Positions 27,607-37,387 of a stretch of DNA of 64,000 bases are shown here, piece after piece. A program made the position numbers and the translations under genes. The stretch's first letter is position 1, and each line of letters starts with the position of its first letter. This DNA is from Patescibacteria group bacterium (GTDB lineage: Bacteria; Patescibacteriota; Patescibacteriia; 2-02-FULL-49-11): assembly GCA_041645165.1 (NCBI GenBank), contig JBAZQN010000002.1, forward strand, positions 53,388 through 117,387, written 5' to 3'. The notes under the pieces are model-generated. The model did no database searches, was not told the DNA's origin, and worked only from the letters and a program-made list of their open reading frames with translations.

Positions 27607-30600
27607 ATGACAAATTCAAAACTTTTTTTACGTGTTTTTTTCCTTGCGGCTGCGATTGCCGCAGGAGCAATCATGAATCAGTATAGCGCACCGGGTGGGT
27701 ACGAGAATACCCTTGTGAGTTCCCCGTCTCAGGTTGTGGCGTCACGCAGAGATTGCGTGCGTGCTTCGCTTGACGGCCAGCCACTGGTGAACGGCATTGA
27801 TCACGAGCTTGCTATTCCGTCATTTGTGGGATCGCGGCGACTCTCCTATGCTGACCCGGGCGCAAGCCAATACATTGCCAAGGCGCAGGATTATGAGGTG
27901 CTTGATTTTTATCACGATCGGATGAACGCACTTTGTTGGACAGTGCGCGACTATAGCCATAACCGAGTAGTGTATGAACGGGGTGATGATAGGTTGCAGC
28001 TATCCCTGCTCACAAATCCTGTTTCCGGAAAGACTGTCATTGATTATCAGGTCATTACTCCTACGCGCGTACTAGGCGAGGCTGCGGTAAGGGCGGCTCA
28101 AGACGCACCACCTCCGCCATCCACTACTCCTCCTCCTGGTGATAGTTATCAACCCCCTCCCTCTACTACGCCACCTCCTGGCGATTACACTCCTCCACCT
28201 ACTACTCCACCTCCATCTGGTTCAGGGTCATGTTCAGGAGGACAAGTATGGTGTCCTAGTTCGAGCGGTTCCGGCGGTTGGTGCCAAAATTCTCCCTGCC
28301 CTGCTCCTCCACCGCCCTCGTCCGGTATGGGATCTTGTTTTAGTGGACAGGTTTGGTGTACTCAAAATGGTGGTGGTTGGTGCCAGATACCGCCGTGTCC
28401 TTCCTCAACACCGCCTACGAGTACCACCTGTTCTGGCGAATACCAGCAGACTGGCAGTACGTACCCGATGTGTAATTATTCCAAGTGTCCCAATGGGTGC
28501 AATTACGGATCGGACGGATGCCCCAATAGCTGTTATAGTTCCATGTCATCTTCATGCCCTTCCGGCCAATATTGGTGCAATGGCGCTTGTATAGCAAATA
28601 GCAGCTCATGTACATCTTCGTCAAGTTCAAACTCATGCACGAATGGCATGACATGGTGTACAAGTACGAGCGGTTCCGGCGGGTGGTGCCAGTATCCACC
28701 TTGCCCGTCTTCAGCCCCTCCTTCGAGCAGTACAACCTGCACCGGCAGTTACCAGCAACCTGGCGTTTCCTATGCCTCATGTAATTATTCTACGTGCCCT
28801 AACGGATGCGATTGGGGATCGAATGGGTGCCCCAGCGGTTGCTACACCCCTTGCCCTTCGGGACAATATAGGTGTAACGGAAGTTGTATTTCGAGCAATT
28901 CATATTGTGCACCCAGCGGCGGCTCCGGAGGTATGATGGATCAGAGCTCATGCACCAATTCTGGAGGATTGTGGTGCCAACCAACCACTGCGCCCCATTG
29001 TCACCCTGGTCCCAACCCAGGCTCCTGCGAACCAGATACTCCCGGTGGATACACGAGCTGTGCCACGGGACAATATATGTGCAATGGCTCCTGTATTGCC
29101 AGCAACGCTCCATGCAGCCCAAGTTCATGGCCTTCAGATTCAACAAGCTGTATGAGCTCTGGAAAATACTGGTGTACCCCGAGTACTGGCGGTATGAGTT
29201 GGTGTCAATCAAGCCCCTGCACCGCTTCCACATCATCAACGGGTGGCGCGTGTTCAGGCGGTCAAGTAAGGTGCACGAGTTCCACTGGTTCAGGCGGGTG
29301 GTGCCAGATACCGCCCTGTCCGAGCACTGCCACCTCTTCCGCATGCCCTTCTGGGCAGTACTGGTGTCCGCAAACAAATGGTTGTCTCAGTAATTCACAA
29401 CCGTGCGCAGTTACTAATACTAACACTAATACTTATCAACCTACTCCCGCGCCTACGGTGAAGTGCGGTCAGTGCCAAGTGGCACAAGGGGGGAAATGTG
29501 AGAAGGCGCCGGTGGGCACCCTGGATCCGCTCTGCAATGGAGGCCAATGCGACCAGTATGGAGGGTGCGTGCAGTTAAGCGGCGGGAGGAAATTGGTAGG
29601 CGACGGCGCCATCTGCGGCGACCGATGGTGCAATGTGGAGAAAGGTGAAAATAAAGAAAATTGTCCTGCTGAGTGTACGAACGAAGCGAAACGGTCACCG
29701 CAACCAGTGCAGTATCAACCAACGAAGCCGCAGCAGATGCAACCGCAAGGACAATTTCAGCCTCCCTCCCAATCTGGTCAGTATCAAGGGCAGTATCCTG
29801 AAGGCCGGTATCAACAAGGTCCTGGAACCGCGACCGGACTGGAGAAGATGAATGGGTTTGATGAAGAGCAAGAAAAGCAAAGGCAGGAACAGCAGTTCAA
29901 GATGATGAAACAAAACCTCAAACAATTCAGTAAAGAAATCACCAATATGCAGAAAAAGGTGAAACAGATGGAGTCGCGTTTGAAAAAACTCGGGGTAGGG
30001 ATACCACCGGAGCTTGTCACGGCGCTCGCAGAAGCGCCCGCAGCGGTGAAAGCGCTTGAGAAAGCGTCCACCTTTGAAGAAGTAGAAGAAGGCATTGGCG
30101 CCGCAGAGGATATTGCGATGGTGTTGCAGGAGTGGGGCCCGAAATTGGGAGAGATTGAGCGATTTGCCACTATGCTCAAACAAATTGACAAGGACGTGAA
30201 GAGTATGGCAAGCACGGTCAAACGCCTTCAGGCGAGCGCGAAGCGGAAGCCAGAACTTCAGGGGCCTGTCGCCGAACTTGAAGCGACATGGAGTGCCATG
30301 CAGGGATCTGCCGTCGAGGCGAAAGCGCTTGCCAAGTCCGATCCTGAATCTGGCCAAGAGAAACTGGACTCATTCTATGACAGCACGGAAGAGTTCTGGA
30401 ATCAGGTATCCTACATTGACATGGTGAGCAATGTGAGCAAAGGCCTTGCGAAAGCAAAAACAGAGCTCTCACGTGCAGACCGCAGGGTAGCGGCATTGGC
30501 GAAGAAAAAAGGCATTGATCCTGACGCGGTGGCTCAAGCGAAGGCTATCGTCGTGAACATGAAGGATCTTTATAATGAGCTCAAGGGGCTTATTTCCGCA

Positions 30601-30801
30601 AAGCCAATCGATTACGAAGCAGTGGGCGCTTCTGCGGAGGAATTTTGGGATGTGATGCAAGAATTTGAAAATATGATGGCCGCGTATGGAGACCGTACAT
30701 ATATGCCGAAGGTAAGCACAGGAAAAGGCGTGAACGTAGTGATACCAGAAGGATTTATCATGCAGAATACTTATTCCTCTCCTGCGCCACAAACTCCGTA
30801 A
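27607..30801 (+). CDS. Large exported Pro/Cys-repeat protein with helical C-terminus
   Basis: Signal/TM segment, PPP linker, many Cys repeats, Gln-rich linker, coiled-coil-like tail. Confidence 0.85.
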   Translation: MTNSKLFLRVFFLAAAIAAGAIMNQYSAPGGYENTLVSSPSQVVASRRDCVRASLDGQPLVNGIDHELAIPSFVGSRRLSYADPGASQYIAKAQDYEVLDFYHDRMNALCWTVRDYSHNRVVYERGDDRLQLSLLTNPVSGKTVIDYQVITPTRVLGEAAVRAAQDAPPPPSTTPPPGDSYQPPPSTTPPPGDYTPPPTTPPPSGSGSCSGGQVWCPSSSGSGGWCQNSPCPAPPPPSSGMGSCFSGQVWCTQNGGGWCQIPPCPSSTPPTSTTCSGEYQQTGSTYPMCNYSKCPNGCNYGSDGCPNSCYSSMSSSCPSGQYWCNGACIANSSSCTSSSSSNSCTNGMTWCTSTSGSGGWCQYPPCPSSAPPSSSTTCTGSYQQPGVSYASCNYSTCPNGCDWGSNGCPSGCYTPCPSGQYRCNGSCISSNSYCAPSGGSGGMMDQSSCTNSGGLWCQPTTAPHCHPGPNPGSCEPDTPGGYTSCATGQYMCNGSCIASNAPCSPSSWPSDSTSCMSSGKYWCTPSTGGMSWCQSSPCTASTSSTGGACSGGQVRCTSSTGSGGWCQIPPCPSTATSSACPSGQYWCPQTNGCLSNSQPCAVTNTNTNTYQPTPAPTVKCGQCQVAQGGKCEKAPVGTLDPLCNGGQCDQYGGCVQLSGGRKLVGDGAICGDRWCNVEKGENKENCPAECTNEAKRSPQPVQYQPTKPQQMQPQGQFQPPSQSGQYQGQYPEGRYQQGPGTATGLEKMNGFDEEQEKQRQEQQFKMMKQNLKQFSKEITNMQKKVKQMESRLKKLGVGIPPELVTALAEAPAAVKALEKASTFEEVEEGIGAAEDIAMVLQEWGPKLGEIERFATMLKQIDKDVKSMASTVKRLQASAKRKPELQGPVAELEATWSAMQGSAVEAKALAKSDPESGQEKLDSFYDSTEEFWNQVSYIDMVSNVSKGLAKAKTELSRADRRVAALAKKKGIDPDAVAQAKAIVVNMKDLYNELKGLISAKPIDYEAVGASAEEFWDVMQEFENMMAAYGDRTYMPKVSTGKGVNVVIPEGFIMQNTYSSPAPQTP

Positions 30802-30835
30802 ATTTAACCGCATTGCGTGCTGAGTGGTTCCCGTA

Positions 30836-30864
30836 AAAAGAGAGCGCATCGTGCGCTCTCTTTT
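30836..30864. terminator. Bidirectional terminator
   Basis: AAAAGAGAGCGCA-TCG-TGCGCTCTCTTTT. Confidence 0.85.
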
Positions 30865-30883
30865 GATAATACAATATAGAATA

Positions 30884-31837
30884 TTAAGAACGATAATACC
30901 GCGCGGCGGATTCGGGGGAGACCGTGTTGATAATGAGGCGCGAGCCGAGCTCGATACCCGCCCAGATATCGCGGCGTGGGGCGATGCGCAAATAAAAGTG
31001 CTCTTCTTTATCGGTGATCGCTTGGTGGAGATAGAAGTTGTAGGAAATTTGCAGGGCGTTCACCTTCTTAATGATGCGTTTGGTAAACGCGGCAAGCGAG
31101 TGAAGTTCTTGCACATTAAGCTGGGTAATGTTATCAAGGTGCCTGCGCGGCATGATCCATACCTCGTAATTATAGATAGACGCCCAGGGTGCAAACGCGA
31201 CCATGTGCGCGTCAGAGAAGATGCGGCGCGGCCCCTTCTCTTCTTTCTTGATGAGTTTATCATAATAACAGGTACCGTGCGCGATGCGGTATTCTTGCCC
31301 TTTGGTGAGCTTGTCAATGATGTGGGGCGGCAAGAATCCCGTGGCGAAAATCTGGGAATGCGCGTGCACGAGAGAGGCGCCGGCCTTGCCGCCGTGGTTT
31401 TTGAAGATGAGGATGTATTTTATTTTTCTGTCGCGGGAAAGCGCGCGGGTTCGTGCGATATAGGTTTCGAAAATGTGCATGATATGCGCATCCGGCAGTT
31501 CGCCGATTTCCACATTATGCTCTGGCGTCTCCACCACCACTTCCTGGGTGCCATAGGCATTGGGATTCGCGGGGGATACCACCGGGAATTTATTTTTGAC
31601 TACCTTAACGAGCCATGACGGCTTTTTCCCGCGCGCGGGATTCGCCACGGTATAGATGCCTTTCGCGCGCATGAGCGGGTCCTGGCAGAAGGGGCACTCG
31701 CGCGAGGATACAGGCACTTCCGTTGGCTGCACGTCGTGGGGGCGTTTGCCGCGCTTAGGCGCGATAATCACGAAACGGTCATGGATGGGATCGGTGCGAA
31801 TTTCAGATTTGATCATAAGATCAGTATGACATTTCAT
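30884..31837 (-). CDS. galT: GalT-like HIT nucleotidyltransferase (start may be 31816)
   Basis: RGKRPHD, CPFC, NKFP, EVVVETP, NHGGKAGASLVHAHSQ. Confidence 0.88.
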   Translation of the reverse strand: MKCHTDLMIKSEIRTDPIHDRFVIIAPKRGKRPHDVQPTEVPVSSRECPFCQDPLMRAKGIYTVANPARGKKPSWLVKVVKNKFPVVSPANPNAYGTQEVVVETPEHNVEIGELPDAHIMHIFETYIARTRALSRDRKIKYILIFKNHGGKAGASLVHAHSQIFATGFLPPHIIDKLTKGQEYRIAHGTCYYDKLIKKEEKGPRRIFSDAHMVAFAPWASIYNYEVWIMPRRHLDNITQLNVQELHSLAAFTKRIIKKVNALQISYNFYLHQAITDKEEHFYLRIAPRRDIWAGIELGSRLIINTVSPESAARYYRS

Positions 31838-32559
31838 GTCGCTTTTTGCCAGATGTACTCAAACATTGCGCGCTGGATCGCGGCGAGTTCTTTGCTTTCT
31901 ATAACTACGGCAATGTAGTCATTCACGAATGAGAAGAGGGCTATTTTATTACCAAAGATCGCCATCATGCCATGGTAATTAAATTCAGGTGGAATAAGTT
32001 TAACCACACGAAGCTCCTCTTGACCGAGACGTTGGCGTTCGCGCGCTTTCGGTGAATCCCGTAGTATAACGCGGGCAAGGATTCTTTCTGCTGCGCGGCG
32101 TTTTACGAAATTTGGATAGTAGTCGCCAAGCGCTGCGAACAAATCGTCAGCCGAACTGAAGGCACAGATTTCTTTGTTGCCTTGCAGTACCTCTTCAAAA
32201 ACCTGTTCCATCCCCTTCTTCCCCTGAAAAAAACGCACTTGCGGCCTCTCGCGCGTAAGACCATAGAGCGCCTCGAGTTGGGGGAGGGCTTCTTTCAGCG
32301 TGTTTGCCCGCCGCTGCGCCAGTTCAGCAATCTTTTTCGGTTCTTCCACGCTGTAGTAGCGTGTTTTTTTCTTAATATAACTTGAGGCGATCCCCTGGTT
32401 TTTTAATGACTCTAATACGTCATAGCACGTAGGGCGCGGAATTTCCGCCTTTCTCGCAATTGTATTCACGGGTGATGATCCCAATTCAAGCGTGGCGAGG
32501 TACACCCGAGCCTGTTTTTCTGTGAGACCAAAATTTTGGAGAACTTTTGCTATGTTCAT
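31834..32559 (-). CDS. TrmB-family transcriptional regulator 3
   Basis: FGLTEKQARVYLATLELG ... PRPTCY; VRFFQG; FGNKIA; FEYIW. Confidence 0.93.
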   Translation of the reverse strand: MNIAKVLQNFGLTEKQARVYLATLELGSSPVNTIARKAEIPRPTCYDVLESLKNQGIASSYIKKKTRYYSVEEPKKIAELAQRRANTLKEALPQLEALYGLTRERPQVRFFQGKKGMEQVFEEVLQGNKEICAFSSADDLFAALGDYYPNFVKRRAAERILARVILRDSPKARERQRLGQEELRVVKLIPPEFNYHGMMAIFGNKIALFSFVNDYIAVVIESKELAAIQRAMFEYIWQKAT

Positions 32560-32643
32560 ACTTTCAAATTTTCATGGTTCTCCCCATAAAAAGGGGGAGA
32601 TTATAGAGGGGGTGTCATGGCGTATTCACGTTATAATCATATC

Positions 32644-32660
32644 CGTCGGTCTTTCCGACG
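32644..32660. promoter_or_regulatory. Candidate TrmB3 operator (second site 32723-32737)
   Basis: CGTCGG-TCTTT-CCGACG perfect; GTCGGAGTTATAGAC second site. Confidence 0.55.
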
Positions 32661-32818
32661 ACTAACTAATGTAATTATTTTAGCTTAAATTAAGCTATTT
32701 ATCAAGTTTACTAATTCTACGTGTCGGAGTTATAGACGGGTTGTGTGTGGATTCTATAATAAATGGATAATATAATCCATAAATTCAAATCGTTCATTTA
32801 AACTTCGGAGGTACAATA

Positions 32819-33331
32819 ATGATAGGCAAGGTTGTATTTTTCGTGCGACACCTACCGGTGGAGGGGGAAAATTTAGGGGGTCTCAAGGACCCTCACAACA
32901 TTAGTGCCTCACTCTCAGATGACGGGAAGAAACAAATTCCAAGAATAGTTGAGTTCTTCCGTCATTTTCAAACTACTTTAGTAGTAGCGGGAGACGCACC
33001 ACGTTACCTCGAGGTGGCAAAACCGATCTCACGAGAGTTCGGTATCCCATTACAGATTAATTCCCGACTAATACAGAGTAGTGGGAATAAGAGGCCTACG
33101 GGAGCAGAGCGAGTGGTAAGGTTGATCAGTTTGAGGAAAATTATCCTGAGACTGATTGAAGACTTACCCGATCGAACAATAGTTGTAACAGGCAACATCT
33201 ATATTCAAAGCCTCTTCTTTGGTGAGGATATCACCATTGAAGAGGTCGAAAGAAAAGGAGAGTTATATCGCACTAAACCTGGGTGCGGTGTAATCTATAT
33301 GGCAGGATTACTCCTGCCATTCGAGATTTGA
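32819..33331 (+). CDS. Degenerate histidine-phosphatase-like protein
   Basis: VFFVRH N-terminal motif, LSDDG, late IVVT strand without the second His; GGAGG SD. Confidence 0.6.
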   Translation: MIGKVVFFVRHLPVEGENLGGLKDPHNISASLSDDGKKQIPRIVEFFRHFQTTLVVAGDAPRYLEVAKPISREFGIPLQINSRLIQSSGNKRPTGAERVVRLISLRKIILRLIEDLPDRTIVVTGNIYIQSLFFGEDITIEEVERKGELYRTKPGCGVIYMAGLLLPFEI

Positions 33332-33336
33332 AAATT

Positions 33337-33376
33337 TGCCTGACTGGTGATGACGCTCAATTTCACCAGTCAGGCA
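33337..33376. terminator. Perfect 14-bp intergenic hairpin
   Basis: TGCCTGACTGGTGA ... TCACCAGTCAGGCA, no clear U-tract. Confidence 0.5.
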
Positions 33377-33392
33377 GAGCGATACTTCTAAT

Positions 33393-34469
33393 TTGACTAT
33401 GAAATCGATTGAAGAAACACAGTGGCACTTTAGCGTGAAACGTCCGATTTACCTCTTGGATGCATCGTTAATCTTAACCAGTGATATTCACGAACTTCGG
33501 CAATATGCAGGGAAAGCATACTCTCATTCCTTTGTGGTCATCGAAGATGGGCTTGGTAGTTATTATGCACCATATAATGAAGTAAACGAACAAATACATT
33601 ATCTCACGCAAGATATTACTCAAGCACAAAATATCATTTCTCTCTTTTCACAGAGTAGATCGAGGCTCGAACAGTACCTTAAGAAAATAATTGAGGAAGT
33701 TGAACTCGGTCATTATTCACCAATTCATTTACAATACCTTTTTGATAAATATCGTCATTTTGTTCCCTTTCGGATTGTCACGAGGGTTGTGGGGTATCGG
33801 GAAGATTTACCTGATGCATTCATTGAGCAGGCGGCACAAGCGCGTATGCAGTTTAAAGAAGCGTGGACAGTATTACGAGAAGAGTTGGAGAGATTGTGGG
33901 TTTCTCTTGCCCGCTTGCGTGGTTTTTCTGAACATATTCTTAAAGCGCATACGTGCCAAGAGTGTTTGTGGTTGTTTGAGAATTTACCTGCACAGAGTGC
34001 GCGGGTGAGGAACGAGGTGCGAAGAAGAAAGATCGTCCTCTATCGCACGAGATGGAAAGAAATGGTTGTGGTGGGGAAAGAAGCGGAGAGATTTCTTAAA
34101 GCAGCATTGCGAGAAGAGCCCGACAAAGAAACTGCTTGTGTTATTAGTGGTCGAGTGGCTTGTCAGGGATATGCGCAAGGGGAGGTGAAAGTTATTTTTC
34201 AATCAAAAGGAGTTAAAATTGAGAAACCGTTTATTCTCGTGACTTCAATGACAACGCCGGATTTTGTTCCTTTATTGAAGTATGCACAGGCGATAGTTAC
34301 GGATGAGGGTGGGCTTACTTGTCATGCCGCGATTATTTCCCGGGAGTTCAATATCCCATGCGTCATTGGCACGAAAATCGCCACCAAAGTATTACGGGAC
34401 GGCGATTCTGTCGAAGTTGACGCTTGGAAAGGTGTAGTAAGTAAACTCACTGAGTGGGATCGTGATTGA
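33393..34469 (+). CDS. PEP-utilising enzyme mobile (phospho-His swivel) domain protein
   Basis: ILVTSMTTPD, TDEGGLTCHAAIISRE, PCVIGT, DGDSVEVDA. Confidence 0.92.
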   Translation: MTMKSIEETQWHFSVKRPIYLLDASLILTSDIHELRQYAGKAYSHSFVVIEDGLGSYYAPYNEVNEQIHYLTQDITQAQNIISLFSQSRSRLEQYLKKIIEEVELGHYSPIHLQYLFDKYRHFVPFRIVTRVVGYREDLPDAFIEQAAQARMQFKEAWTVLREELERLWVSLARLRGFSEHILKAHTCQECLWLFENLPAQSARVRNEVRRRKIVLYRTRWKEMVVVGKEAERFLKAALREEPDKETACVISGRVACQGYAQGEVKVIFQSKGVKIEKPFILVTSMTTPDFVPLLKYAQAIVTDEGGLTCHAAIISREFNIPCVIGTKIATKVLRDGDSVEVDAWKGVVSKLTEWDRD

Positions 34470-34478
34470 TTATTAACA

Positions 34479-35945
34479 CTACGATTTGATTATATCTTGG
34501 TAAAGTTCAATGTATTCGTTGGCAGAATGTTTCCAGGAGAAGTTTTGGGTCATATCATTGGCGCGTAGTCTAGATATAACTTGAGGCTGTTCTTGGTAGA
34601 TGCTGAGTGCTGTTTCGATGCTTTTTATAAGAGCAGCCGTACTATACTCATTACATACAAATCCAGTAGCTCCGATTGTTTGAAAATTGAAAATTGAAAA
34701 TTGAAAATTTTTCACCGTGTCTTTGAGGCCTCCTACCGCTGTGGCTATAGGAATCGTGCCGTAGCGCATGGCGATCATTTGCCCCAACCCGCAGGGCTCG
34801 AAGCGCGATGGCATGAGGAAGAAGTCGCCCGCAGCATAAAGGAGGTGCGCCAAGGGTTCGTCAAAACGTTCGGCAAATCGGAATTTGTCAGGGAATTGCG
34901 CGGCGAGCTTGTTAAGTTCAGCGGCATATTTTTTATCTCCGGTGGCCAGAATGATGCACTGCATATCGCGGGCAGGCAGGAGTTTTTGTAACGCCGGGAT
35001 GAGTATGTCAAAACCTTTCTGCTCGGTGAGGCGGGAGACCATGACCACTAGCGGGCCGGCCGCATTGAGCGGTAATTGCAATGCTGTTTGCGCTTGTTTT
35101 TTTAATGCTATTTTCGCAGCGCTTATTTTTTTTGGTGCATTGAAATGCGTGGTGAGAAATTGGTCAGTGGCGGGATTCCAATAATCTGTATCAATGCCGT
35201 TCAAGATGCCTATGGGCGGGTGCGGGAGGTTTTTTAGGTTTGTGTCGAGTCCTTGGCCGTTTGCAGGCGTGGTAATTTCCTGCGCATACGTCGGGCTTAC
35301 TGTTGAGATGCGGTCTGCGGCGTGAAGCGCGGAAGCGAGGAAATTTATTTTAGTTGATTTGTGGGGATGCGGTGTGAGCGCATCGGTAATAGTATCGCCA
35401 AATGCACGGCGCACCTCAATATGTGGGTGAATTCCCTGATATGCAAGATTATGAATAGTAAATAATGTGCGTATTTGTTTTTGTGTTTTTATAATCACTG
35501 GCAGCGCGCCCGTCTGCCAGTCATGGCAATGAATAATGTCTGGTTTCCAATTGAGCGATTTAATCAGTTCAGGAATGGCGCGGGAAAAGAGGCCGAAACG
35601 GTTAAGCTCGGCATTGCTGCCGCCTGATGACGCATCAGTCTCGAGGTATATGCCGCCGTTGCCAAAATATTGCGGATGGTCGAGGAGATAGACCGGTACA
35701 TCGCTTCCCGGAAGATTGGTTTGCCGGACGACTATTGACTGTTTTTCTCCGTTGAAGGGAACGGATAGCGCTTCTGTCTCTTGAGAAGAGAATTTTTTAT
35801 CGTCAATCACGTCATATTTCGGGAGTGCGATGCGGACATCGATGCCAAGCGTACGCAGCGCTTTCGGGAGCGACCCCGCCACGTCGGCAAGTCCGCCCAC
35901 CTTGGCAAGCGGCGCGCACTCTGATGCGACGAAGAGAATTTTCAT
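34479..35945 (-). CDS. glgA: Glycogen synthase 1
   Basis: KVGGLADV, HCHDWQT, TIHNLAYQG, PSRFEPCGLGQ. Confidence 0.96.
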   Translation of the reverse strand: MKILFVASECAPLAKVGGLADVAGSLPKALRTLGIDVRIALPKYDVIDDKKFSSQETEALSVPFNGEKQSIVVRQTNLPGSDVPVYLLDHPQYFGNGGIYLETDASSGGSNAELNRFGLFSRAIPELIKSLNWKPDIIHCHDWQTGALPVIIKTQKQIRTLFTIHNLAYQGIHPHIEVRRAFGDTITDALTPHPHKSTKINFLASALHAADRISTVSPTYAQEITTPANGQGLDTNLKNLPHPPIGILNGIDTDYWNPATDQFLTTHFNAPKKISAAKIALKKQAQTALQLPLNAAGPLVVMVSRLTEQKGFDILIPALQKLLPARDMQCIILATGDKKYAAELNKLAAQFPDKFRFAERFDEPLAHLLYAAGDFFLMPSRFEPCGLGQMIAMRYGTIPIATAVGGLKDTVKNFQFSIFNFQTIGATGFVCNEYSTAALIKSIETALSIYQEQPQVISRLRANDMTQNFSWKHSANEYIELYQDIIKS

Positions 35946-35967
35946 ATTCTATATTCGCGATTACTCC

Positions 35968-37371
35968 TTATCCTTCCCACTCTTTATCGCCCTCGGCTGA
36001 GGGTTTGGGCGCCGCGATGTCGGCCGCATAACGGTTCAGCTCTGCGATACGGTCGCGGATTTGCGCCGCGCGTTCAAATTCCTGGCGTGCCGCAACCGCG
36101 TGCATTTCGCTTTCGAGTTTCTTTACCATTTTCTCAATTTCTTTCCGGGGAAGCTGGGGGATTTGCGCATCAGTGCGCTGGCGGATATCTTCGTCTTCGT
36201 TGTGGGAAAGTTCGTCTACGAGCCCAGAGCGCTGCCAATCAAAGGCGGTAAAGATAATAGTATGGTAGAGATGCTTGGCATTTTCCTTTGTTTTGTCGGT
36301 CACTTTTGGCGTTTTCAGAATAGCATTATAGAGCTCTTTGGCGCCGCGTTCGATCATTTCAATGGACCACCATGGCTTTGCCGATGCCCACCAGTATTGG
36401 TCAGAATGCAGCGCCTTATCAAGCGTATCCCGTGCCGCCGGATATCCCGGGTCATTGTGCGCAGCGTTATTGACCGTTTTAATCGCAAGGCGGGTGAGTT
36501 TCCATTGGAGCGTATGTATTGAATTGTCCTTGTCGTCCCATCGCGCAAACGGCACCTTGCGTTCCAAATCTTTTTCCATGAGCGCCCAGGTGGACGGCTG
36601 CGGGGAGACGGTAGTGCGGTGTGAAAAATATTTCGGCAGATCGGAAATAAAAACCGTGGTGAGCTTCGGGGAACGGTAGATTTCAAACAGCAGCTGCTCA
36701 AGGCCTGGCCGGTGGTGGCCAAAGGTCTCGCCGTCCATGGCAGTGAGCAGATATTCATTGCGTTTCAGGCGTTCTCCCAGCGATTCAATCAGGAGGTTTC
36801 CGGTGCCTACTTGCCCTGAAAGGATCACCCAGCTCATGCGGCGCTCGCGGAAGTAGATGTTGAAATTTTCTAATCCCTCGATGGTGTAAAGGTGGGTATA
36901 GTCCAAGGTGCGGCCGCGCGGGAACGAAAGCTCGTCCGCGATAATCCACTCAAACCCGAGTTCCTGCACGGTGCGCGCCACCTCGAGCGAAAACGCCATT
37001 TCGGGAGGGAAGAATCCGCGCGGGCGGTAGAGTTCTCCGAAATATTTTTTATGCGTTTCATTATTAAGTTCGATTTGCCGCACCATCTCCTCCTTGGGGA
37101 GGAATGGGAGGAGCGGATGGTATTTTGCCGAACCGGTCAATTCAAGCTGGCCTCGCGCAAGGAGGGTGCGGACATCTTCGATTACCTCATCCTCGCCGCA
37201 CTCATCCCAGTGCTCGACCAACACCCCGTTGATGTTGACTGTCAATTTTGCCTCAGGCGCAGTTTTGAGTTCGTGAAAAATTTTTCGGTATGATTCTGCG
37301 GTTACGCGTTTAATCCAATGAGGTTTCTGCGTGGGAGGTTGGTAGAGATGGAGAAAATTAGCCCAGTACAT
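35968..37371 (-). CDS. GH57 glycoside hydrolase with C-terminal UVR motif
   Basis: FLHLYQP, HPLLPFL, FPPEMA, MDGETFGHH, HSDQYWW; EFERAAQIRDRI. Confidence 0.9.
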   Translation of the reverse strand: MYWANFLHLYQPPTQKPHWIKRVTAESYRKIFHELKTAPEAKLTVNINGVLVEHWDECGEDEVIEDVRTLLARGQLELTGSAKYHPLLPFLPKEEMVRQIELNNETHKKYFGELYRPRGFFPPEMAFSLEVARTVQELGFEWIIADELSFPRGRTLDYTHLYTIEGLENFNIYFRERRMSWVILSGQVGTGNLLIESLGERLKRNEYLLTAMDGETFGHHRPGLEQLLFEIYRSPKLTTVFISDLPKYFSHRTTVSPQPSTWALMEKDLERKVPFARWDDKDNSIHTLQWKLTRLAIKTVNNAAHNDPGYPAARDTLDKALHSDQYWWASAKPWWSIEMIERGAKELYNAILKTPKVTDKTKENAKHLYHTIIFTAFDWQRSGLVDELSHNEDEDIRQRTDAQIPQLPRKEIEKMVKKLESEMHAVAARQEFERAAQIRDRIAELNRYAADIAAPKPSAEGDKEWEG

Positions 37372-37387
37372 AGGGAGAGTAATAAGT

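Noticed and set aside
28100-29460. CRISPR array or non-coding repeat
   Set aside because: The repeats are degenerate, in frame and encode Cys/Pro modules; no constant repeat-spacer period and no cas genes.
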